From Raillietiella orientalis (lineage: Eukaryota), in the NCBI GenBank assembly GCA_036172245.1, contig JAYWIR010000011.1, positions 3,100,001-3,164,000 of the forward strand: 64,000 nucleotides of DNA, read 5' to 3'. Of this stretch, positions 1 to 11,660 are shown piece by piece. Each line of letters opens with the position of its first letter. The first letter of the stretch is position 1. Made by a program: the position numbers and the translations under genes. Under the pieces are notes generated by a model. It saw nothing but the letters and a program-made list of their open reading frames with translations. It did not search any database and was not told the DNA's origin.

Positions 1-2111
1 TTTCCAAGTTCACTTCCACTTTGGCATTTTCTGTATCAGATCCAATGCTTTCTTTTTCAATGAGCAACTGATCTTCCATATGGATTTCCTCTTCAGCATT
101 TGGTAATCCGGTATCACTCACCTCCTCCTCATCTAATGTTCTATCATGGCTGTTTTCAATCTCTGTAGCATCTGGCAAAGAAACTAATTCTTCAACATTC
201 GACGCATTAATTTGCTCTGAGGCATTCCGTTCATCTGATTGATCACCATCAATTTCGGAAGACTCATTTGGTAAAGTAATCTTTTCTTCAGCCTCTAGAG
301 TGCCAATCTCTTCTTTGATGCTTTCTTCAGCATTTGGTTCGTTCTCCTCCTCAAGTTGAAAAATATCTGTTCTGGGATTTGATACAGACGATTTTCCCAT
401 TCTTCCACTGACTTCCTCATCAACCACATCTGAATCAACCTCCACCTGTGGACTGGGTATTCTTTCCTTTTCAAAAAACAACTGATCTTGAGTGCTGCCT
501 TCAGGGGTTTCAATGATCATTTGAGGTTCATTAATCTCCTTGGAGGTATCACCAGAAGTGTTTTTATCATCCTCCATCTCCTGTTGCAAGCCTTCAGTTG
601 AGGAGACACCTACAGTCTCTTTCCTGTCAACACTGCTAAGTTCATTTGCTGAAACATTTTCTTTTTTCAGTGATGCATCATCATCATGTACTTGTTCATG
701 GTTCTCTTCCAAATGTATTTCAGATGAAAGTTCCGAAATTCCTAGTTTTGACTGACTTTCCTCTTGATGAGAAGGATCATCTTGATCCACATCATGAACT
801 GACTGATTCTCAGCTCTAGAGGCAGAATCTTCACCATCACACACTAAATGTGGAGTATTTCCCTCTTCTGAATTGCTATTTTCTTCTGCATCACTATCTA
901 AGACAACATTTTTGTCCTTTTCACTTTGTGCAGCTTCTGCAGAAATTGCATCATTTTCTAGGTGTTTGTGTTGCACTTCCTGTTTTTCTGATTCTTTATC
1001 AGAGAAATCATGATCCTGTTTTTCTGATTCTTTATTGGAGAAATCATGATCCTGTTTTTCTGATTCTTTATCGGAGAAATCATGATCTTCAGAATCTAAA
1101 GGTTGTTTCTCAGTTTCAGATGTCTTACTGACATCATCAGCATTACTAATTGCATTACTGTGTACATCATCCCCACTACAGGGTACATGTTCATTTGTGA
1201 TTTCTTTCGTTTCTTTGATTTCCTGATTATCTGATTTTTCCAAAATTAAACCATTAATTACATTTTCCTGAAATATGTTCATTAAGTATGTACTCAAACA
1301 TGATACCACACATGCTGTATTTAACATTCTTACACATTTATGCATATTTATTTAATAAATTAGTACTACCTTTACACCATTCTGAATGTCTTCTTTTAAT
1401 GATGTGCGTCTATAGTCTTGCAATTTCAGAAAGGTCTCCAATGTATCATTTTCATTGGCTAGATCAAATGCTTCAAAATCCTTAAAATACAAAGATACGA
1501 TACTGTCGCATTTAAAGATTCACATGGGATAAAGCAAAGCATTCATTTCACTGCAAGCAAATGATAGTCCAAGAGTCGGTCTAAAAACTTACACCACAAT
1601 ATAAAGATTCATTAAAAATCTGTGGGGTCATTGGGAAAGTCTCATTGTTTTTCAGGCAGTTTTCCAGCAATAGCTTTTTTTCTTCTTCTCTTCCGGGATC
1701 GGTGATATCGATACACATATGTTCAATTTTCTTACTATCTAATATCATTTTAACACGTTGCTGTCTTTTTTTTACCTAAAAAGGGAAATGAAGGCATTTT
1801 CGTGGTTTGCTACGTATACTAATGGGAGGGGCAAACAATTACTGGAATAGACATATTTATACATGAAACATCGTTACTTTATGAACTTTGCCTCTATTGA
1901 TACCAAACTTCAACCACTGTACAAAGTGAGCAAATTCGGGGCACAAAACTAAAGCTTTATGATTTTCGTAAAGCATATACACAACAGGCTTTCGTAACAG
2001 GTATGCGTATGTTTGATTCCCTACAACAACAACAACAAAAAAAAAAAACACACATACACCACACACCTGTTTTAATCCTGACAATCCCGAAATGTAGACT
2101 TTGATAACCAT
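1..2111 (-). CDS. SH3BGR: SH3 domain-binding glutamic acid-rich protein (SH3BGR/Sh3beta family) with long acidic C-terminal extension; 3' end lies outside the window
   Basis: Exons 2111-2067 (MVIKVYISGLSGLKQ), 1775-1593 (VKKRQQRVKMILDSKKIEHMCIDITDPG...PQIFNESLYCG), 1480-1370 (DFEAFDLANENDTLETFLKL...) and 1267-<1 (Glu/Asp/Ser-rich, open in the segments translated). All introns are GT-AG, phase 0. The N-terminal ~100 aa matches the thioredoxin-like SH3BGR domain. Confidence 0.93.
978..1087 (-). repeat. Coding 36-bp tandem repeat x3 (DHDFS[D/N]KESEKQ) in SH3BGR exon 4
   Basis: Unit tcctgtttttctgattctttatcagagaaatcatga at 978, 1014 and 1050, nearly identical and in frame with the SH3BGR exon. 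Confidence 0.9.
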
Positions 2112-5100
2112 ATTTCAATTTGCCACGAAGGAACTGAAACAACTAACTGCTCTCCCGAGTTGTTGACTGAACAACTGAAACAAGGCTCACTTCTCAACAC
2201 AGCACACTCATTTTTCAAAACACAACACACTGCGCAGCGAAGAAGCCACGAAAAGTGAAAAACGGAACAGCTCCAAGGAAGAGCACAATGCACTTCACGC
2301 GGAGACTCCTACTGTACAATGTTGTACATTGCAACTAGCGAAGCTTCGTTTTTTTTTTTTTTTTGTTTGGATTCTTCGTGCCCCCAGGTGTGCTTCGAAA
2401 TTCATAATCTTGTGTTTCCTTTTTCGTTCTTTCCGTTTTTGCCCATACCGAAAGACGTGTCTTCGATGAGCCAACTTCAAGCATGAGTTTTATTCGATGC
2501 TCATTCATCTGAGAAGCACCTAATCGACCTTTTCTAAAAACAATTCTTAATCCCTTTGCTCATCCCTTTCCGACCAGGGTCTTGCTCAGATTCCGCCAGA
2601 CTGAGAATTGAATTAATTCGGATTTAATTTTCGTGAACATTTCGGGATTCCAAATTCGTTTTTTTACTTCTCGTTTCCGACTGCAACTAGGGTCTTTTGA
2701 AATCACACTGAATATGAGAACACCTACAGAATCGATACCAAAATTCCTGAGACCAAAATTTGTGCTCAGATCTTAAAAGGAGAACGAAATCTGAGATAAT
2801 TTTCAAAATAATTTTCACAGAGTGGTAACTGCATACAGGTGCAAGGAGTTCGCACCGCTAATGCAAGCAATCCTTGTTGGCAAAGGAACATCTCAGAAGC
2901 AGAGTTTTCCTTAAGATAAATTTTCGACTATCGTAGACCAAAAGAAGCCAAAGATGCAAAAGATGATCATAAAGCATAAATATATGAATACAAAATACAA
3001 ACTTTATAGGTAGTGGAGCTTGAGAGATTACATAGACATTTAAAGCTCTCTGAAGCTCTATTTAAAGCTCTCCGGAGATTTAAAGTTTTCTGTTCTGCGA
3101 GAATGAGATGATAACTAGAATCAAAAATCGAAAGTCTGATTTCAAAGTTAGATATTCGTGCGGACGAAAAGCGAAAGAAGGACTTATTAGGTTTGACATT
3201 TTATGACAAATGAGGTCAGTGAAAATGTGATAGGATACGAATCTTCAAAAGCTTGAATAATGGATGGCTTCTACTCGAAAATCAAAGAAAAAAAAAAGGA
3301 ATACAGGAGTAGAATAACTAAGAATTCAAAACTATTCAATGAAAAATTATTGTAGAGATTTTAATAAAAATTCGAAAACACATATAAAAGAAAAGTTAAT
3401 CTTAAAGTAAAACGAGGAATTATTGGTAGCAAAACATTAAAACAATTAAAATAACTCGAAATGAGCAATAGGGAACAAGAAAAAAATAAAACAATTGAAA
3501 AATGAAAGAATTAGAACAATAGTTAAACCTACAAGATCAGGCTACAAAATAACAATCAAGAAATCGAGGAATCGGGAGAATTATATGCTTGACCAAGGCA
3601 AATACAGAAAAATATAGTGTAAGCAAAAGGAATGGATATACGATTTGGGATACATTATTCAAAGAATACAGAGGGGACAAAAAACACCAGGTTAGCTCAA
3701 GAATAAAGCCTAAAAATCAAAACAATAAGAATACTTGCTGTAGTATTCAACATTAACAAAATGTAAGTTTCTAGTGCATTTAGACCATTCATAAAATCAG
3801 TAGAAAATCAATGACTGTCTTTTAGTAATTTTTACAAAGATTCTCAATGAACTAAACTCAAATTGTCAGCATAGACAGGTCTGAGTTTATTATTTAAGCA
3901 ATCAAACAAACTTTCTTACTTTGCTGATCGTGAATTAAAAAAGATTATTTTAATGCTTCTGGTATTCTTCCATAGATCTACTAAATTTTCCTCTAAAAAA
4001 GTATTTGTCAGTAATGTTGTTATAATCACATCTTAGTGGAGGTATACCGATTGAATTTACCAGAGTGAAACCGTTTGAGGTTTTAGCCTTGAATGTAGTT
4101 CGAAAATTACTTCATTCATTTAGCTACAATTGACTTTACAGCTCCCACAGCACTCGTTAAGATAATCAGTTTCCAAGACTTTGGAACAAAGAAGTATTAC
4201 TAGTAGTATAGTTTTTTCTGCAGAACAGCTAGGAGTTCTGTTCCCCGATGTCAAATTTAGCACATTGCAAATGAAATTTTCATCATGCTCTTAGACAGTC
4301 AGCTTAAGCACGGAACTGAATAGTGAAAAGAGCAGTTACAACAAGTACTTGTGATTTTTATTGTGAGTGGATGTATCAAAAACCGATTCTAGGATACTGC
4401 CATTATCTATAGAACAAATACTATCATCACAAGCGACTTCATGGATAGATCGATTCCTTATTTGCTATTTACCGATTTTTTACCTTCTTATTTTCTATTT
4501 TTTGAATTTTTTGTGGAATTGTTTCTACACTTCAGTTTCTTCGAATTCACTTTTTTTAAAAGTTCAGCGAACGGAGGTTGATTTTCTATAGTACCAAATC
4601 GTCCATTTTGTAGGATTTACTCACTATCTGGCCCTTCAAATGCATTAATTTGCCATGTGTTCTGACTACATTTTAAAACAAAATTCCAAAGATCATCATG
4701 AAGAAAACAACTGCATCAAAAACAGTTAAAATACACACACACAACAAAAAAGTAATTTTTTTCTGAGAAAAAACAATTTGCATACTATTTTTTTTCATTA
4801 AAGCTTCAATGCTTGTAATTATTAAGCATTTCTATTCAAGCTCAACGTTCATAAATTAAAGTTAAGAAGTAACGTTTAGGTAATTGGGTTTATGATAATG
4901 GCAATAAGAATGCAAATGAATTTAGAGAAAAGGAAAATACAATGGAGCCATCAAAATGATATTCATCCCAGAATGTAAGACGTGTAGATTGCAAACCCAT
5001 TAGTAGATAACTGTATAGCTGAAGAACAGAATGATGAGAAAGATTTTAATGGAAATTGCTTCACCAAATAGTGGTAGCAAGCGATCATTTTTTTTTAAAA

Positions 5101-5533
5101 CACTCATTAAAACTTTAACAGTAATTTAGGAAACATTTTAATAGAAAAAAAAAATAAGAATACTCATAAATGGTAAGTTGTCGAATGATGAATATCAATG
5201 GCTATCGTACGTACGCAAACTTAACATTGCATTCTTTCTTGCTCTCTGCGTTTTACGTAGTAATCGTATTACCAAAGTTCGTTTATGCAGTTTAATGCGG
5301 CGCACGGGGAGTGATGCGGTAGTTTTCCCTGTGCAAAAATTATCGTAGCTACGTTGCAAACTGTTGCAAAAATTTCGTTGTTTACTTTTCGGAGGCTGTG
5401 CTGTGATGCTCTAGAAAAACGGCAAATTGAACACTAGTAAAAGCTGGTTTTGAAATGTAAAATGCTCTAATGCTGGATATCAACCCCGGATTGTTTTGAT
5501 TATCATGAAAATACTCAGAAAGAGGTGTGCACA

Positions 5534-7162
5534 ATGGAAGTGAGTTTATCCTTTGCAGGCTGTGGTTTTCTTGGAATTTATCATATTGGAGTGGCGAGTT
5601 GTTTGAAAACTTATGCACCTCATTTATGCGTTAAAAAAATATGTGGCTCTTCAGCTGGTGCTATTGCTGCCTGCTTTATGCTTTGTGACGCTCCGTTAGG
5701 TAAGGACGAGTTTTCTCACCGTAAAATGTAAGATTGATCGTTAGGTGATGTAACAACCGATGTCCTGAATCTGTTTGCAAAAGCAAGATCGTTGAGGTTT
5801 GGCCTGTTTACGCCATCCTTTAATTTAAATAAAATGCTAAGAGAGATCCTGGAAAGAGTAAGTTTCTACACCCTTTTAGACGAAATTCTAATAGTTCGTT
5901 AAGCTTTTACCCCCAAATGCACATGAAATAGTTAGTGGAAGGCTACATATATCCATGACTACTGTTTGTGGGGACAAAAATATCATTGTGAATCATTTTG
6001 AGAATAGAGAAGAGCTCATTCAGGCACTTCTTTGTAGTAGTTTCATTCCATTATTCAGTGGACTTATTCCCCCAAAGTTTCGTGGAGTGGCATATCTGGA
6101 TGGAGGTCTGAGTGATAATCTCCCTGTTCTTGATGACAAAACAATCACAATTTCACCATTTTTTGGTGAATGTGACATATGCCCCAAAGACTATGAACAG
6201 CCAGGAATTTGGCAAATGCATTTGGCAAATATGAGCTTGGAATTGTCTCGGCAAAATTTGTACAGATTTAGCCTTGTGATACATCCTCCTCCTCCAGAAT
6301 TTTTATCCAAGTGTTGTCATCAAGGTTTTAGTGATACTTTTCGTTTTCTGCAGCGTAATAATCTAATGCCCTGTACCAAATGTGTTGCTATACATTCTGT
6401 GGTAAATCTGCCGGTACCACCTTGCTCACAGTGTTTGCAGCAGCAGGAAGTATGATTGAAGATCTTATTTAGTAAGTCAATTCTCAGGAAGCTTTGATTT
6501 CAGGTTTGCCTGATGTTGTTAGCAAGATACTGCAGGAAAAAATTGATGAAGCCAATCGTGACATTCTGAATTGGTTGCATCGACATCCACGTATATGCTT
6601 GTTTACGTTGCCATGCGTATTTCCCATGGATTTTATTCATGCATTGGCCATTCGGTATAAGAAATTGTGCAAATTGTGTAGCCACATTTCTTTTTGTTGC
6701 AGTGCATTGAGATTTGCTCCTAGTTTTAGTGATAAGTTATCTCGTAACATTAAACAATGTTTACAATTTGTTTTGAAAAAGTGTATTGCACCAGAGTGCA
6801 TAGCAGAGTTGAAACTAAAACTAGACAATGATAGACTGCATAAAGAAGAGCCACTCCACTTAGACTTCACTTTGGATATGTCAAATGCTCAGTATTCAAA
6901 TAATACTGATAATCTACTGTCAATAGCAGCAGAGATGAGAACTCAAGCATCCCATCGTCCACATCCATGTTCTTGGGATGTGAATGCTGACACTTTTGAA
7001 AGAGCCTTGGAGATTACTACACGTCAGAACGCCGTTTTATCTTACTATTATCAGAATCAGTATAATAAGGTTTGTCTAATTGTTAGATTCTAAATAATCT
7101 ATTTACTAACTGGTTTTGCTTAGGTGAAAATAGCAGAAATATTCAACATTGATAATTCCTAA
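5534..7162 (+). CDS. PNPLA2: Patatin-like phospholipase / adipose triglyceride lipase (PNPLA2/ATGL, brummer-like)
   Basis: Exons 5534-5699, 5745-5857, 5904-6449, 6488-6654, 6703-7069 and 7124-7162 (TAA), with GT-AG introns of 45, 46, 38, 48 and 54 nt and consistent phases. Motifs: SFAGCGFLGIYHIG, nucleophile GSSAG, YLDGGLSDNLP, TITISPF, and a brummer-like C-terminus (YYYQNQYNKVKIAEIFNID). Confidence 0.95.
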
Positions 7163-8124
7163 TACTTTTTCTTGTATAAAAGTAAAAGCAGCATTATGTA
7201 GTGCTATCTGAAGACAAAGAGTTTGCACTCTGAAGTAGTGGATTACCAAGAAGATATTCAAATATTGTCCTGACCATATGCACATCCTCATTCTCTCGTT
7301 TTTTTTAATTGTTCTCAGCCTTTTGCTTCATAATTGAAATTAACAAATGAAATTATTAAATTAAGAAATACCATAAGTGTATAGAAAATATGAATCAAGA
7401 ATACATCTGGATAGATATTATGGTTTACCTTAAGAAGTTTTTCACATCGGATTTTCATACTTGAGCTGATGGGCACTGTTTATGAATTTTAGTGTATTGT
7501 GTCTACTGTTATTGGGGTGCTAATGATATTACAATACACTAGTGTAATTTTGTAAAATACGACCTGAAATAGTTGACATGGGAGCTAAGTAAAAACAAAA
7601 ATCTGTTGAAATGATTTTCGAAAACATGCCTTCACATTTGATGTAGGCAGCTTTTCAAAATTATAGTGCTTATGTTTTGAAATATCTGTCAAGTTCTGGT
7701 TCATGCAGATAAATAAGTCTTCATTTTCCCAAACAGTGAATTCATTAAGTTTTAGATATGCTGATATGGTAGTTTTATTTTTCAGTTTCCAAGATTATCA
7801 GTTTTGGACTGTACTTTTCATCTCATGTCAGGTTTTTGTACTCATTTAGTTTCTCCCCTTTTTTCTCAGCTGTACACTTTACATGGAAAACTTACTGTTT
7901 AGAGATGGAGTTGCATGAAAACTTGTCATCTATATTTCAAGTTAAAATAGTTCCATTTGTCCACTCATGTAAAAAACTGGACTGAATGCATTCTGAGTAT
8001 TCAGAAGTGTTTCCGAGTAGATTTCATTTGTGAATAAGTATGGGGTAAGGAGAAGAATAGTATCCATATCTGGCTAGAATAATGTTCCGATGTACTTAGA
8101 TCTTTTGCAAGAAGTAGTAGTCTA

Positions 8125-8184
8125 TCTTAAAATGACCTTAAAAGATCTCAAGTGATCTTAAAAGATCTTAAGTGATCTTAAAAG
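8125..8184. repeat. Short tandem repeat (about 10/20-bp unit gatcttaaaa/gatcttaagt)
   Basis: atcttaaaatgaccttaaaagatctcaagtgatcttaaaagatcttaagtgatcttaaaag, read directly. Confidence 0.7.
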
Positions 8185-9486
8185 TTCCTTTTCAGCAGGT
8201 GGACTTATTGGTAGCATTTTTTGGATGAACGGCCTCACTTTCTGTAATTTTTGATTACTGAGAGAAGAAAAGTAGGTTAAGCCCACTGTTTATATGTAAA
8301 TAAAAATTTGCATTGTTCCCAAATTTCAGAGGTATCAGTCAGAATTGTGGTAATCACAAAATCAGAAAAATGAATAAAAATACCAAATTTTGGAAAGAGT
8401 TGAGTTGAGTTACTGAGTTGCGTGAGCTGAGTTGGGTTATTTTAGTATTCTGTTTCGATGAGATTCAATAAAGTGGATAAGGTGTACATAAGATATACAC
8501 TCCTTTAGTCTATTTTTAATTCCTTTTTCTCCAGGTAGTTTCGCACTGAAATTGCTTGTTGAGAAGCACTCTAAATTCAAGCAGATCAAATCGGAACAAG
8601 CATTCAATCAGTGCAATTGCATTGAAGACCTTTTCTTCATCTTAACATACTTAACTCGTTTACTTTTGTTTACTGTTAACAGTAAGCAAAAGCAGACATC
8701 AAACAATAAAACAACAGCTTAAAAATAATGCAAATTTTCTCGAGTTCACCGTACTATTAGTGTGAATTCATTTATCCCATGGCAATTGATTTGACACATA
8801 CTTGGGTAACAGTTTAAAGGAAAGTTACTCATTAAAACTGCTATCACAAGAGTGTTTTCAACAGACTGTTTCTCCTAAAGTGTAACCAGAAAGTTCCTAT
8901 TCCCACACTTGAATGCATTTTATAAAAATCACTCACTTCAATTTTAAATTGTTCTATAAAATTTCATGCATTCTGTACCTTACAAAGGACAGTTCACCAT
9001 TTACCATAAAGTTCAAATCAAGACTGAATAAATTTATATTATAATAAATAATATAAATTTATAATATAAAGATTCGTTCTACCTCAATTACAACAAATCT
9101 TCATCTGAATTTTTGTTCATGGAATGGACTTATTTACTTGTAAATTGTTTTCAAAACTTGGCTCCTGATATTTTATAATAAACACTCATCGGAACTGTTT
9201 GAAATGGCCAAGTAATATGTTATTCCTTTGGTTATCTGGGAAGGTACATCTGGATTTGCAACATCATCAAACAAGCTTTATGTAGTGCATCATGTTTACA
9301 CAATAAGTACACTTCAATCTTTGTTTATATTTAAATCAAAACTACATACAAAACGAGTAATAAACAAACATATTAATTCCAAATCCTATATTCACCATAT
9401 GATTATGTAATCAATTGGAATTCAATACAAAATATTAAATATAGAATTGCAATTACAGCATGTATCTATTTTTTTTCTGTTGTGTT

Positions 9487-11660
9487 TTAAAAAACAGAAT
9501 AAAAGCGCATCCTTTCATCAGTACTCAAATTTTGCCATTCCCGTTTGATTCTTACATACTGGAAGAATGCTCTGCATGATATCAGAATTCCTGAAAAGAT
9601 CATCAATTTTGATTGTCATCTCTCAGAGTAAAATGCCTGGAAAACTGATAACTTACCAACAGTTATGAAGATCCAACATATCCAAGACATGTCGGAACTG
9701 AGCAATTCTGTATTACGCACTATAAGGGAGCATTTAATAAGTGACACACCAAAACCAGCTAAGGTGCCATAGCGGCCAGCTAGTGTATGACAGAAACATA
9801 AGAGCACAAGCAATCCAATCCAGTTAAATAAAAATGCCACTGAAAAATAATGTAGAAATTTCATTTTCTATAATTTTTCATAATCTGTTACTTACAGAAG
9901 AAGCAAACAAAGAACATGAAATCTGAACCAAGCTGAGTGTCTTGATCATTTAGAGAATCCATTTCAATGCTAAAGAAATGCAGAGGTTGATGAAGACCAT
10001 TAGCAGCTTTAAACTAAATAGAAAATTAAGTTCCCCTAAGAACATTCAGTAATAATAACAATGAATAATTAAGAATTCAAGCAATATAAGATCTGCATGA
10101 ATGTCATTAGTCACACAAAAGAATTAGATATCATTAGCTGTGCTAAACTAGTTACTTATGTACCTTGACACCAGTATTTAAGACCATGTTTATAACTTAG
10201 ATTTTTATTTTTGTAAATGTATACAGAAAACCTTAAAGTCCTACCCTTTGTTGCTCATTTTCCAGACTTTTTTGGTGCTGCACTTCTTCATATGAAGGCA
10301 AAGCTGTGGCTACATCATAAGCTGGGGGAGCCATAAAATCAACTTTTGGAGGAGGGAGTTGATCACCCTGATCTGAACTTCCTGAAGGTGTTGCATTTGT
10401 TTGAGTTACTCCTCTCTGGTTAAAGTACACAAAAGATCATAAATACATTTCATAAAAAAATATGCTCCATTTCAATGCATGATCTAAGACTTCAAGGATT
10501 TCTGAATGCTCAAAATGGCTCAAATTTTGAGTGATCAATATATTCCAGACCAAGGCAGAGAATGTCAATACTCTGTGATACATTTTGTAACTATTTCATT
10601 CATCATAAGGGATGCTAGGAAAATCAGGGTGACAGTTATATGCATATTTATATCCAACGTGGTCAAATCAAATTGGTTTGTTAAATGTAGGTGTAACATG
10701 CAATACAATTTACATCTGGAATCCAAAAACCTGATCAACTCTGTATACTGAATTTAATTCCATCAGAAGATCAGAGAATGATAATCGGAAACCCAGATAT
10801 GTCAGCAGAATATGCAAAAATTATGCCTGAAACAAACCTACCCTAAAATGTATGAAGCATTTTTTATGAAATCAAAAATAAATCGAAGTGTACAGAAAAT
10901 CACAGAATTCACAAACATTAAGTTTGCTCTGAAATAGGGAGGAAACTGGGATGAGTAAGGAGCAATGAGCTGATCTGCCATCAACCTCTCGGACATGGAA
11001 ACGCAATAACACAGAAGTTACTATTAATAAACGCTTTTTGCTGCTTCAATTATGAAATTATCCCAACTTGTTGATGAAAATACACAAAGATTAATCCCTG
11101 AAGGTACGAAACACTTTATGCTGAAAAATCAAATAATGAATCATGTATACTTACAGAACACAAAGCTTCAAGCATATATTCAACTGTGATGAAACAAAAT
11201 ATGCTCAAAGTGTTAGACAGTATCAAAATGAATAAAAAGCTGTTAAACCAATAAATAATACTTCGCCTTATTTATTTACAGGTTGATAAATTCAAAATTT
11301 TGGGCTGCTAATTAAATATCAAGCTTAGATGAATGAAAAACTCGTGATCCGAGAAATCATTTCGCACATATTTGATGTAAAGAATTTAGGGAAGCACCAA
11401 AATTTGTGTTTTGCAAAATTTCGTCTTCTGAGTACCGTACCAACAATAATGACGGTGATACATAATGACATAAACAATACAGAATAATGAACACATCAAT
11501 TTATAATGCATGTATTTCAAGTATTAGATACACATAAGATTTGCCTACTAGGGAATCAGATATCCCTCACCTCCTGTATATTAACGTATGAATGCCTGCT
11601 TTCATGAGATGATGATTCATTTGGAACTGGTGAAGCTTCTTGGGCATTGCTTTTCTCCAT
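9487..11660 (-). CDS. NDFIP: NEDD4 family-interacting protein (NDFIP1/2 homologue)
   Basis: Exons 11660-11571 (least certain), 10415-10245, 10013-9896, 9839-9657 and 9590-9487 (TAA), all GT-AG with consistent phases. PY motifs PPAY and LPSYEE; LGSDFMFFVCFFLAFLFNWIG and AGRYGTLAGFGVSLIK; three TM segments. Confidence 0.92.

Noticed and set aside
978..1087. CRISPR-like 36-bp repeats
   Set aside because: They are head-to-tail with no spacers and lie in frame inside a eukaryotic exon. No cas genes are present.
2800..4400. Decayed LINE between SH3BGR and PNPLA2 (a similar impression at about 13050-14300, minus strand)
   Set aside because: The A-rich, strand-biased texture suggests old LINE sequence, but no endonuclease or RT motif could be read with confidence.
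10842..10996. Alternative NDFIP first exon (MSERLMADQLIAPYSSQFPPYF...)
   Set aside because: The PY-like words are tempting, but the available donor is out of phase with the canonical acceptor and would need a weak GAG acceptor. Unsupported without cDNA.
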